Shown: positions 12,309 to 30,435 of the stretch, piece after piece
Position numbering within the stretch: the stretch's first letter is position 1
Layout of the letters: the number at the start of each line of letters is the position of its first letter
Assembly (NCBI RefSeq): GCF_009914755.1
Contig: NC_060930.1
From: the human T2T-CHM13v2.0 reference genome, Homo sapiens
DNA length: 64,000 bases
Direction: 5' to 3' (one strand)
Notes under the pieces: model-generated
Seen by the model: only the letters and a program-made list of their open reading frames with translations
The model's database searches: none
What the model was told of the DNA's origin: nothing
Position numbers and translations under genes: made by a program

Positions 12309-13562
12309 CCATGCTAATCTGCAAGAATTAATCAAACACCAGCTCATCCTGAATCCATTTCCTGACTTCTTGCAGCTGAATTTAACCTCTGCCTGATTTA
12401 ACCTCTTCTCCTTTTGGGACTCTTTTATAGCAATTACCTCACTTGATAGTATAGTGCAAACACATGGTCCCTCTTCTTAGCCCTTATTTAGATACAAGTA
12501 GTAGAAAACCAATTAAAAGTAGTTTAAGCAGACTGGTTGGCGGTTCCAACATGACCAAATAGGAACAGCTCCAGTCTACAGCTCCCAGCGTGAGCGACGC
12601 AGAAGATGGGTGATTTCTGCATTTCCAACTGAGGTACCGGGTTCATCTCACTGAGGCTTGTCGGACAGTGGGTGCAGGACAGTGGGTGCAGTGCACCGAG
12701 CATGAGCTGAAGCAGGGCGAGGCATCGCCTCATCAGGGAAGTACAAGGGGTCAGGGAATTCCCTTTCATAGCCAAGCAAGGCTGTGACAGACTGCACCTT
12801 GAAAATCGGGTCACTCCCACCCTAATACTGCACTTTTCTAATGGTCTTAGCAAACGGCACAAGAGGAGATTATATCCTGCACCTGGCTTGGAGGGTCCCA
12901 CGCCCACAGAGCCTCACTCATTGCTAGCACAGCAGTCTGAGATGGAACTGCAAGGCAGCAGCGAGGGTGGGGGAGGGGTGCCCACCACTGTGAGGCTTGA
13001 GTAGGTAAACAAAGCAGCCAGGAAGCTGGAACTGGGTGGAGCCCACCGCAGCTCAAGGAGGCCTGCCTGCCTCTGTAGACTCCACCTCTGGGGGCAGGGC
13101 ATAGCCAAACAAAAGGCAGCAAAAACCTCTGCAGACTTAAATGTCCCTGTCTAACAGCTTTGAAGAGAGTAGTGGTTCTCCCAGCATGCAGTTTGAGATC
13201 TGAGAATGGACAGACTGCCTCCTCAAGTGGTTCCCTGATGCCTGAGTAGGCTATCAGGGAGGCACCCACCAGTAGGGGCAGACTGACACCTCACACGGCC
13301 GGGTACTCCTCTGAGATGAAACCGCCAGAGGAACGATCAGACAGCAACATTTGCTGTTCAGCAATATTCGCTGTTCTGCAGCCTCCACTGCTGATACCCA
13401 GGCAAACAGGGTCTGGAGTGGACCTCCAGCAAACTCCAACATACCTGCAGCTGAGGGTCCTGACTGTTAAAGGGAAAACTAACAAACAGAAAGGACATCC
13501 ACACCAAAACCCCATCTGTACGTCACCATCATCAAAGACCAAAGGTAGATAAAGCCACAAAG

Positions 13563-14578
13563 ATGGGGAAAAAACAGAACAGAAAAACTGAAAATTCTAA
13601 AAATCAGAGTGCCTCTCCTCCTCCAAAGGAATGCAGCTCCTCAACAGCAATGGACCAAAGCTGGACGGAGAATAACTTTGACAAGTTGAGAGAAGAAGGC
13701 TTCAGATGATCAAACTTCTCCGAGCTAAAGGAGGAAGTACGAACCCATCATAAAGAAGTTAAAAACACTGAAAAAAGATTAGATGAATGGCTAACTAGAA
13801 TAACCAATGCAGAGAAGTCCTTAAAGGACCTGATGGAGCTGAAAACCATGGCACGAGAACTACATGATGAATGCACAAGCTTCAGTAGCCGATTCGATCA
13901 ACTGGAAGAAAGGATATCAGTGATTGAAGATCAAATTAATGAAATGAAGCAAGAAGAGAAGTTTAGAGAAAAAAGAATAAAAAGAAATGAACAAAGCCTC
14001 CAAGAAATATGGGACTATGTGAAAAGACCAAATCTATGTCTAATTGGTTACCTGAAAGTGACGGGGAGAATGGAACCAAGTTGGAAAACACTCTGCAGGA
14101 TATTATCCAGGAGAACTTCCCCAATCTAGCAAGGCAGGCCAACATTCAAATTCAGGAAATACAGAGAATGCCACCAAGATACTCCTCAAGAAGAACAACT
14201 CCGAGACACATCATTGTCAAATTCACCAAAGTTGAAATGAAGGAAAAAATGTTAAGGGCAGCCAGAGAGAAAGGTCGGGTTACTCACAAAGGGAAGCCCA
14301 TCAGACTAACAGCTAATCTCTCGGCAGAAACTCTACAAGCCAGAAGAGAGTGGGGGCCAATATTCAACATTCTTAAAGAAAAGAATTTTCAACCCAGAAT
14401 TTCATATCCAGCCAAACTAAGCTTCACAAGTGAAGGAGAAATAAAATCCTTTACAGACAAGCAAATGCTGAGAGATTTTGTCACCACCAGGCCTGCCCTA
14501 AAAGAGCTCCTGAAGGAAGCACTAAACATGGAAAGGAACAACCGGTACCAGCCACTACAAAAACATGCCAAATTTTAA
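13563..14578 (+). pseudogene. L1 ORF1p remnant
   Basis: ATGGGGAAAAAACAGAAC start. ORF track gives the ORF1p pieces in different frames (13833.., 14009..14578), indicating a premature stop and a frameshift near 14050. Confidence 0.93.
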
Positions 14579-14641
14579 AGCCCATTGATGCTAGGAAGAA
14601 ACTGCATCAACTAACGAGCAAAATAACCAGCTAACATCATA

Positions 14642-18459
<3,818 letters not shown>

Positions 18460-19106
18460 ACAATGAGAACACTTGGACCCAGGAAGGGGAACATCACACA
18501 CCAGGGCCTGTTGTGGGGTGGGAGGAGAGGGGAGGGATAGCATTAGGAGATATACATAATGTAAATGACGAGTTAATGGGTGTAGCACACCAACATGGCA
18601 CATGTATACATATGTAACAAACTTGCACGTTGTGCACATGTACCTTAGAACTTAAAGTATAATTAAAATATATATATATATTTTTAAAAAGTTAAAAAAA
18701 TAGTTTAAGCAAAAAGATAATTTACTGAGTCATGTAAAGTGAAAAGTCCAAGGATGGAGCTTCAGGTTAACTTGGACCCACGTGCTCAATGTCATCACGT
18801 GTTGGACTCCAGCTCTTGGCTTTGCTTTCTTCTCAGGTAGACTTTCCCTTTACAGTGACAATGATGGCCACCAGCAGCTTCAGTGATTGCTAAATAGGTA
18901 GATTATCAACAATTGCCAAATAGGTAAGCTTATACTCTACCTATTTAGCAATTGTTGCTGAAACAGGGACTCTTTCCCAATTATTTCAACAAAAGTTTCA
19001 GAATTGAGTCTTTATGGCCTGGACTGAGGCATGTCCCCATCACTGAACTAATTCATGTGGTTAATGGAGTAAAATTGGCTCCAAAAGGCCAAGTTTGAGT
19101 CAGGCT

Positions 19107-19220
19107 TAGGGTGACCAACTCACCCCGATTTGCTTGTTGCTTTTCTGATTTTAGGATTAAAAATCCCATGTCCCAGGAACCTCTTCCATTTGGGACAAAC
19201 CAAGATAGCTGGCACCTTAG
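19107..19220. mobile_element. MER94-like hAT relic
   Basis: TAGGGTGACCAAC start, AATCCCATGTCCCAGGAACC core, CACCTTA end. Confidence 0.55.
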
Positions 19221-20174
19221 GAGTCTGCCCCGTGGATGAGGGGAATTAACAGTCAGCCCCATCTGACTCCCATAGTCAAAGAATGAAGGTGGGTTTGTCT
19301 CTTGGAGGAATTGCCAGAAGGAGGAGGAATGAATGCTGGGCAGGCAAAAGCAAGAGAGTAATGTCCTCTCCATTCATTTTCTTAGATTAGAGGCACCTTG
19401 AGGGCAAGGAATTAATCTTACTTATTTTTGTATCTTTTGAAAAATTGAGCACATTGCTCTCCACATAGGAAAGCCTCAAAAGAATTTATACTGATTCTTT
19501 CACAGCTTTATTAAATATTTGAAAAAATTCCTTTAGAGTGAAGGTCTAACACAATAGTTCATGGTGGTTAATACAGAATCATTTTTTAAAGGAGCACTTA
19601 AAAATATTTTACAATCTTAACTTGATTGAGATTATTCCAATATAATCTTACTGAAAATGGAGTAGGTGAAAAGTTTTCACCAAAGGAACTTTCAAAATCA
19701 CTAAAATGCAATGATTCATAAGGTCCTTTTCCCCTGTTATATTTAAGATAAAATCTGTATTACTTAAACATCTAATTTATATTAAAAAGTGAACCTTAAA
19801 TACTCTCCTTGACATTCAATTATTTAGTTTCAGTTGTGTTGTTGTTTAATTAGAACTGAGCAGTGGACAGGAATTGTTTTTCTTTGGGAAGCGTGTGGCT
19901 TTTGCTCTGAAACCTTCTTCCTGTAACTTCTAACTTCTGACCTTCTCCTGGCCAGCAATGAGTTATACATCACAATTAGGAGTATAAAAGAGAAATAATT
20001 GTATAGAGAGCTATGTCTTAAATTTTGAAAACAGGATAAGATTTTTAAAATATTTTGTGTTAATGAATAAATGTTCAGTCTTGAGCGTAGTTCATGGGAG
20101 AAAAAGAAACTGCCTTTGACATGCTGCTTCCAAATCTGACATTGCCCCATAGAGGCAAATGCTCTAGTTGTACT

Positions 20175-20435
20175 TAGTTTTTGTGTATTGATAAATAATA
20201 TTTCTATACATTTATAGGGCAGATGTGATATTTTGTTACATGCATTGAACGTGTAACAATCCAGTCAGGGTATTTAGGGTATCCATTACCTCGAGTATTT
20301 ATCATTTCTATGTGATGGGAACATTTCAAGTCCTGTCTTCTAGCTATTTTGAAATATAAAATACATTTAACTATAGTCACCCTACTCTCCTATCAAACAT
20401 TAGAATATATTTCTTCTATCTAACTGTATGTTTGC
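20175..20435 (-). mobile_element. Old L1 (L1MA-like) 3' end fragment
   Basis: GTCAGGGTATTTAGGGTATCCATTACC..ATTTATCATTTCTATGTG..GGAACATTTCAAGTCC..TCTAGCTATTTTGAAATAT. Confidence 0.7.
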
Positions 20436-21338
20436 TCAGTCATTTCTCTGTGGGGTATATTCATTTGTAAATAATAAGTTTAGACTATTGCCTCTAATTC
20501 ATTTCAATCTCTAACATAAAATGGGTTTAAAGGCTCTCTATATTTCCAAAATTTATATAAAATTCCCTTTGCAAAAGCTGAGCTGAAAGAACATTATAAA
20601 TGAATATTATTTTGCCTACCTAAATAAAACAACACTTATGCCTAAAAATCACATTGTAAATAAGAAATTTATGTTACTATTATGTTTTCTTTTATTATCA
20701 TTAAAGTTCTACAATGAAACTATAGTGAACTTTGTGGCCGGCTTCCCAGCACCCATTCCAACTCATTTCCATTGAGAAAAAAAGTAAAGTTTGGGTGAGA
20801 CCTCAGTTTAAGATGTGGACTGCATTGGTCTACAGGTAACCATATCCTTTGCTGGCTTAGATTTGGATATGTGACACAATTCTGTCCAAAGTGATTAAAG
20901 GAGACAGTTGCTGAAGACTTCTAAGAGACAGAAGAAATCTAGACGTCATTTCTATCACCCAGTGGAAGTGAAAAATGAATTACATGGTTCCTGTTGCTGC
21001 TGGTAGTTATATTTACCACTAAAGGAACCAGAAGTCTACTCTGTTAAAAGCCAAGTGTAAAGCTGCAAAGAACTGAGTACATTATGAAATCGTTGAGTTG
21101 CTAACTCAACCAGTCCTGAAGTCTGCCTTACCTCTGGACTTCTTGTTCCACAAGACGATAAATATCCTTACTATAACAGGATTTTGGTTGTGGTTGAAAT
21201 GGTAAATATATAGAGGATAACAAAAGTTTAGGGCCAAAGGTCCTTATGTGTCATTTTGTCCCTCTGTTCCTGACCACTTTATCTTACAGAGCAAGAGCCC
21301 AGGTGGCATGAGACTCCCTAATTTAACCCAGCCACACA

Positions 21339-22035
21339 GGCAGTAGCAGTGGATAAAGAGAGTCCTCTCCTGATGCCCATCCAGCTGCTATCTTCACCAC
21401 ACATCTGACCTAGATGGCATTCAGTTTTGTCCACCCTTTAAGCATACATATGCACCTACTGAATGAACAAACAGGATATGCACAATACCCCCAAATGCCA
21501 CAAAATTTAAGTTCTGCTAATCTTAAATGTTATGTCATTGGACATTACCTAAATTCCCCCAAAACTTGGCCTTACCCTGACTATTGTTCAAATTGGGGTA
21601 CTTTTTTGGTCATAATGATAATAATCCCCAAAACAACATGTGTCAGATACTGTGCTGAATACTCTACTCGCTTTCCTCATTCATTTGATAGTAAGAGGTT
21701 GGTATTGTAACAAGACGCGTTTTGCAGATGAGGAAATGAAAGCTCAAATAGGTTGAGACACTGGCCCATGATTGCTCTGCTGGTGAGTGACAGAGTGAGT
21801 ATTCAAACCAGGTTCTAGGGTCTGCAGGTTCTAGGGATTCAGCTACAGACCCACTACCATCCCCTCCAGCTCTGAAAGCCCATGGATCTAAGATGCCCAT
21901 ATTCACCAATGCACAGGCCAACCTGAGACTTAAAACTGGAATTAATTTATCAAGGCACAAACTAATAATCAACGGAATACATCTATTGCCAAATCATCTC
22001 CATGGCTGCTTCCAGATTGTTGGTAATAGCTATAC
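21339..22035 (-). repeat. Arm B of the long inverted duplication (partner at 9200-9942)
   Basis: See arm A. The ORF track independently shows paralogous peptides on opposite strands (FEYSLC.SPAEQSWA.VS.YLSFHFLICK; LRL.TGIN.SRHKL). Confidence 0.93.
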
Positions 22036-22929
22036 TGTAAGGTTCAGACCAAGGGGACCAACGTCAGAATTTGTTATCTAAGGTCCAGTACTGCAGTTTA
22101 CTAATCCAGGTACTGGATTTACAGCTATTAAATACTTAACACTTGAGGATATCACATGTGATTAATATTCTTAATTTATTTGTACTTTTTATTTGAGCTG
22201 GAGATACAGTAGTGAACAAGAAAGAAAATACCTTCTGGAGCCTGCATTTTAACAAGCGGGACAATTAAATTCAATAGTGATTTAGCAAGTACTTCTATAC
22301 CAAGTTCTGTTTGGCACTACAGATAAAAAGAAAAAAGATGCTATCCTCTCACTGCCAAGTGTGCCTGGACAACCCAACTGTTAGCGAATAATTCTACTTC
22401 TGTTTGGTAACTGCTCTTTATGTTGGAAAGTTTAGTTACATTATTCTATTAAATAACCTTCCAATTAAAAGCAGGAGCACAATCCCACATACGCGTCTGT
22501 CAAAGTAAGCACCCATTTCTCAGCTGTAACTCATTACTGGTTCCCTGCCGCAGGCACTGTGCTGCTTTTAACCTTACTTGTAAACTATTACCTAACTTCC
22601 CCGGTAAAGGTGCTCGCTTATCCAGTAAGACGGACAGACGTCTATGGTAGATCCACGTTTCATTTATCCCAACTCACTGGAACTGGCTGAAGCTTCTCCA
22701 GACTTGTGCCGGACCTTGGTGCAGCCAAAGTTGCTTTCTCCGCGGCCACCTAAGCTGCCAGGTGCACATTAACTAAGTGGCAGAAGGCCATCGGCTTGGC
22801 AATTGCCTGAGGCCTTTCCGGGACTCGCTGGTTTTTAGGTTCCATGAAGGGCATCCAGATCTAGGATGATACGAAAAGTGCGTGGTGGGAGAGTGGAATC
22901 AACCTCTACTCTTAGGTCCGATACAACCC

Positions 22930-23640
22930 CTCCAAGCACCTGTCTAACCAATCGGAAAGAAAGTTACATTCAACGCTGGTTCTAGCATCCAATCCAAGGA
23001 CGTGTTTCAGACTCTGCTGCCCGGTCCCAGCCAGCCCTGAGCTGGCGCCTTAGACGCTCGCCTGGCAGCTGCGCACACTCGGAGCGCCCCGAGCGGCGCA
23101 GATAGGGACGTTGGGGCTGTGCCCCGCGGCGCGGCGCCTGCCACTGCGCAGGCGCCTCAGGAAGAGCTCGGCATCGCCCCTCTTCCTCCAGGTCCCCCTT
23201 CCCCGCAACTTCCCACGAGTGCCAGGTGCCGCGAGCGCCGAGTTCCGCGCATTGGAAAGAAGCGACCGCGGCGGCTGGTGAGTACGCGCCTCGCGCGCTC
23301 GGCGTTCTGGGGGGCAATGTCACCCCCTCTCCAGTCCCCTAGGGGCTTTGAAAATAGAGATGGTGAGACCAGACCCTATGACCCACTCTCCCCCACTACA
23401 CGCACATCCCCTGGGGCGCGGCGGGGACGTCCACGAAGGGACTCAAAGAGCCAGGGAGGTGGCGGGCCGAGGCGGAGGCCAGGAAGGGAAGAGGAAAGAA
23501 AAATTAGCAGGTGCTGGGGAAGGCAACCTGTGGTGTTAAGTGTGAAGGGAGGGAAGTCAGCCGAACGGTAGTGGAGGAACCTAAGGTGGGTCTGGGGTAA
23601 AATTGAGGGGAGCTGGGGCGGGGTCGCCAGGCTTTTGGTT
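22930..23640 (+). promoter_or_regulatory. ENPP4: ENPP4 CpG-island promoter
   Basis: Sharp rise in GC/CpG from ~23010; CCAAT boxes at ~22948 and ~22989; NRF1-like TGCGCAGGCGC at ~23145; GC boxes; no TATA box. Confidence 0.85.
23077..23277 (+). other. ENPP4: ENPP4 non-coding exon 1 (start approximate)
   Basis: Strong donor CTG|GTGAGT at 23277/23278 inside the CpG island; no ATG in the exon. Confidence 0.8.
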
Positions 23641-24212
23641 TTAAAGGAGAACCACCCATGGCATCGACATCCGTCTGTCTGAATATTAGATTAGAGTTTA
23701 TGTTAATTATAGATAATGATATTTAAGAACTAATTTCCTGGAAAACAAGCCAACCAAACAATAAAAGGTACATTTAAGTGCCTTTTTAAAGGGCTGGATT
23801 AAAAGCACGTAAGGACTTAAAAACAATGCTTCCTTTTCTTGTCACAACCACCCTATGAGATCATAGCATTCCCATTTTACAGATGACGAAAGTCAGGCTC
23901 AGAGAAGTGAAGGGACGCGTCCAACCAAGATTGTACAACTAGTGACAGGCAGATTCAGGTTTACACCAGATCTGACTCCAGAAGGGCTTTGCTTAATCAG
24001 GCAATCTTGTGGACCCAAGTCTGAAGGAAGATTTGCCAACTACTGTGAAATATCAACTGCTGGTTTCAGTATTATGAGCTTCTATTTCTTCTTTTTTCCC
24101 CTCAGAGATTGTTTCAATCTGTTTTAAGGAAATTAAGAGGCCTGCTGCACTTGTGCGTCTTCCCCCCACCTCCACTTAAATTAGTTACAGGATATAATTT
24201 GGAAGACATTTT

Positions 24213-26200
<1,988 letters not shown>

Positions 26201-27779
26201 TAATTTGGAAGAAATTTTGATGAAAGGACAAGGAGTAATGGAGGGAGGTATTTTACTATGTAGAAAGTAAGATAAGTGTAAGTGTTTTGAAGCTGCTAGA
26301 AAACTTTGTGTATGCTAGAAATTTCTGTGTATTTTACAAAATTGGAGAATAATTTAGAATCCTACGATTTTTAAGACTAAGGAATTTTTAAGGAGTATAT
26401 TTTTTTCCTTAGACTATAAGAAAGCAACTGATAATAATCTAAAGATAACTGCCTTATTTATAGTCATAGAATAAAGTTTTTAAAGGTGTATGAGAGTTTC
26501 ATTGTATTACAGAGCAGATGGCGTGCTAATAGTGACAAATATCTTTCACCATATCCTGTAATGGTTTATACTCTCTTGGCTTCACATGGGCTAGGAATGC
26601 CAGTGAGAGTTGACTGCATTCCATCCAGGGAAGAACGTCTTCCCAGAGAAATTAGAAGGTAGTTTGTCCCCTGAATTGAAGACTAACTCATACTTCCATT
26701 TGTTGTAGGGATATTTGGTTGCAGTCCAGAGAGGTCTGCTTTTTTTCTTCTCTTTGACATCTTTTTGGTGTGAAAAATTACAGAATTTCTCTCAATGTTT
26801 TATACTGTAACAGTTTCATTCCCTGCAAACTTTATTTTCATTCCTTGGAAACTGCTTGAGAACTTCTCATTGTTGGTTTGTCTGTAGCTTAACACTCCCT
26901 ATTAGAATGAGACAGAATGTGGCAGACATGGATCCGGCACTGCTAATAAAAGGTGTTCTATCAGGAAGAGTTCTGTTAATAGTTTGGAGATTATTATCAG
27001 ACTTGTTAACTTGCTATTACTGGACTTGTAAACTTATTGAGGACATGAAATTAGTAAGAACACAGTGAAGCAACTGATTGCTTTCTGAGCCCGGCTAATC
27101 ACTGGACTTTAGCTTCATCATAAGCAAAGTCATATGCAAGGTCATCATATGCGAAGAGATGAGACTAAATTATTCCTAATGTATTTTATAGTTTCACAAT
27201 AATATTCTGCCTATCATAGTACAGTCTTGTTTTTTTTCCCAACATCTTTGTAACTAGAATGATAAAGGGAAACTAATTTTGAGGGCCTATTCTGTAACCT
27301 TTACACATCCTCATTTTACACACAAGGAAACAGAAGCCAAGAAAAGTTGGATCTACCCAAGATCACCCATCTACTAATTGTGAGTTCAGGTTCTGGGACC
27401 CTTCTGACTTCAGTCTATAGTCTTTCCACTTTGTCTGTACTACTTATCCTGAGAACAAGGACTGGGACGCTTGGATCCCAGCAGTGTGCTGAGGGATTAC
27501 TGAGCCACAGGATTAACAGCATGTGTTCCTGGAGCATCCTTTTAACTCAAGATTTGAGGAAGAAGCATTTTGATTTGTGTTTTGTGGGAGAGGACGGACA
27601 CAGGTTTTTGGTCTGTTTTGCACATGGGAAGTGGTATAAAACTTTCACATTAAAACACTCAAGTGTGTATTTTGGAGTATAAAATTCACTTTTTTGAGGT
27701 AAAATGAGATCAAAAATGTTTCCTGTTTTGTGGCAGGACATTTCAGATTACAATTTCACTTCCCTCTGCTCTTTTTTAA

Positions 27780-29015
27780 AAAATAATATTTTATTGAGAT
27801 ATAAATCACACACCATTCAATTCACTCATTTTAAGAGTACTGCTTTATGGAGCTGTGCAACTGTCATCACAATCAATTTGAAAACATTTTCATAACCCCA
27901 AAAATAAACTTTATACTTACTGGCATTTATTACCCATTTCCCCCCCAACCCCTGGCCCTAGATAGTTACTATAGTTACTTTTAGTCTCTATAGATTTGCC
28001 TGTTCTAGACATTTTATCTAAATGGAATCATATAATAAGTGATTTTTTGTGACTGCGTTCTTACATTTAGCGTATTTATCCAGGTTATAAAATGTGTTAG
28101 CACTTCCTTCCTTTTTGTGTCAAATAATATTTCATTATATGGATATATTACATTTTATTTATCCATTCATAAGTTAGTGCACATTGAGATGTTTCCACTT
28201 GATTCTTACAAATAATGCTGCTGTGAACATTTGTGTACAAGTTTTTGTGTGGACATATGTTTTCATTTCTCTTGAGCACATACCTAATAGTAGAATTGCT
28301 GGGTTATATGGTAGCCCTATGTTTAACCCTTTGAAGACTGCCAGAATATTTTCCAAAGTGGCTGTACCATTTCACATTTCCAGTAGCAGTTTATAAAGGT
28401 TTCAATTTCTCTATCAACACTTGTTGTTATCTATTTTATTTACTCATCCTTCGGGGTGTGAAATGGTACCTTATTGTGGGTTTGATTGCATTTCTCTGAT
28501 GACTAATGCTGTTGAGCATCTTTTCATGTGCTAATTTGTCATTTGTGTCTTCTTTGGAGAAATATCTTTTTCAGCTCATGCTCATTTTTTGACTGGATTA
28601 TCTGACTTTTATTATTGAGTTGTAGCAATTCTTTATATAGTCTAGATACAAATCTCTTCAGATATATGATTTGCAAATATTTTCTTCCATTCTCTGGGTT
28701 GTCTTTTCACTTTCTTGATGGTATCCTTTGAGGCACGAGACTTTTTAATTTTGAAGTCCAGTTTATTTCTCTTTTTTGGTCACTTGTGCTCTTGGTGTGG
28801 TATCTAAGAAGGCTCTGTTGAACCCAGGGTTACAAAAATGTACTCCCACATTTACTCCTACATTTTCTTTTAAGAGTTTTACAGTTTTAGCTATTAATCT
28901 AGGTCTGTGATCTACTTTGAATGAGTTTTTGTGTATGGTATGAGGCAGGGCTTCAATTTCTTTTGCATGTGGATATCCAGTTGTCCCTCTACCATTTGTT
29001 GAATTGTCTTGGCAC
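27780..29015 (-). mobile_element. Old L1 (L1MB-like) 3' portion
   Basis: Degenerate ORF2 C-terminal peptides on - strand (LPYNPAILLLG..EMKTYVHTKTCTQMFTAALF; KTVKLLKENVG). Confidence 0.8.
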
Positions 29016-29166
29016 CCCTCTGCTCTTAGAGGTAAATCTACTGGAAAATTTTTGGACATACTGTGATATTCCATTTGTAGTAATTTCTCTAACACCTTAG
29101 CTTTTAAAATAATACATTATGGTGTATGAATCTCAAACACACTGTTACAAATATGTACTCATAAAT

Positions 29167-30435
29167 TTATGAGTATTTTTCCCCGTGAGAAGATACTGTG
29201 CCACCTATTTGCTGATTTAAGTCTATTCTGTTATTTGGTGTTGTAGAACAAAATTGATTAAAGTGTAAAGCCTGTCTTTCTTTTTCCAGTTGGCAGCCTG
29301 ATTTATTATTTTGGTTCTTTATGCTCCTGTTTTGATTATTATATATTTGAAAAGTATAAGTTCTTTGTCCCCTAATACATGGCACATACATATACTTTTG
29401 TGTTATGGAATTAGTGATAGTAGATATTTGTTGAATGATTTTTTACAAAATGACCCAGGTGTCTGCTGAGTTAACCTTCATATGTAGGAACTAATTTTAG
29501 GATATTCTGGAAGTGCAAACTAACACTGAAGAGCTATTATAGGCCACCAAGATGAACGATGATTATACTTTACATGTTGTTGTAATACATTTCAGAAAGA
29601 CCATGGCAATGAAGTATGGTGAATGGAAATTCAAGTTGGCAGTTATTTCTGTATTTATTTCACAGTAATTTGCATGCAAGTTGGACCTGGATATTGGAGG
29701 GGCTTCAATGTGAGACTGAGGCATTTGGGCTTTTTGTATAGGCAGGGGGGCCTTTTGAATATATTTTAAATTAAGGGAACATGAACAGAGCTGTGCCCAG
29801 AGAGACTGAGTAGGCAGCAGGTGTGAGGTAAGAAAGTGGAAGGTGGTTGAGGTAGAAAGGTGAATTAAGAGACAAAAGTGCTCTGGACAAGAGGTATTGA
29901 GGACTAAAAAATATAGCAGTAGTAGAGATGGATGAGTGGGTAGCTGTTAAAAATGCTTGTTTCAAATGCAGGTTTCTGGCCTCTACTGTGGACTGACTGA
30001 ATCAGAATCTCCTAGTTATAGTGACTTGACAGCTGCACTTTTAACAAGCTCCCTTCAGTGATTCTTTTGTCTGATATGCTGTATTAGATGATACGAAGAT
30101 AGAATTGACTAGACTGGCAACTGATCATATACTCAGGGGATCTCTTTGTTACTGAGAGAATGGCGAAGCTGTTTTAAAGGGTTGGGAACTAAGGAAGGGG
30201 GAAAAGATTTGGAGGTATAGAGAATGCATTCCATCTGACACATATCAGATTGGATTTGGCAGCAGAACAGCTGTGCAGTGGGATAGGATTGGTTGGGAAT
30301 ATAAAATAGTTACACAGGGAAAGAGCCAGAGCAGTAAATAGTGTTTTTCAAAAATTAAGTTTATGAGTATGTTTTCCCTGTGAGAAGATACTGTGCCGCC
30401 GTATTTGCTGATTTAAAAGTCTACTCTGTGATTGG
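29167..30435 (+). repeat. Dispersed ~70-bp direct repeat pair (29167-29237 and 30360-30435)
   Basis: TTATGAGTAT..TTTTCCC(C/T)GTGAGAAGATACTGTGCC(A/G)CC..TATTTGCTGATTTAA..GTCTA(T/C)TCTGT in both copies. Confidence 0.9.

Noticed and set aside
23119-23571. 150-aa + strand ORF and 113-aa - strand ORF over the CpG island
   Set aside because: The + ORF starts at GTG and crosses the exon-1 donor. Both are low-complexity Arg/Pro/Gly/Ala sequence expected from stop-poor GC-rich DNA.
29167-29237. C/D-box snoRNA interpretation of the intronic 70-bp repeat
   Set aside because: A CTGA is present, but there is no RTGATGA C box and no terminal stem.
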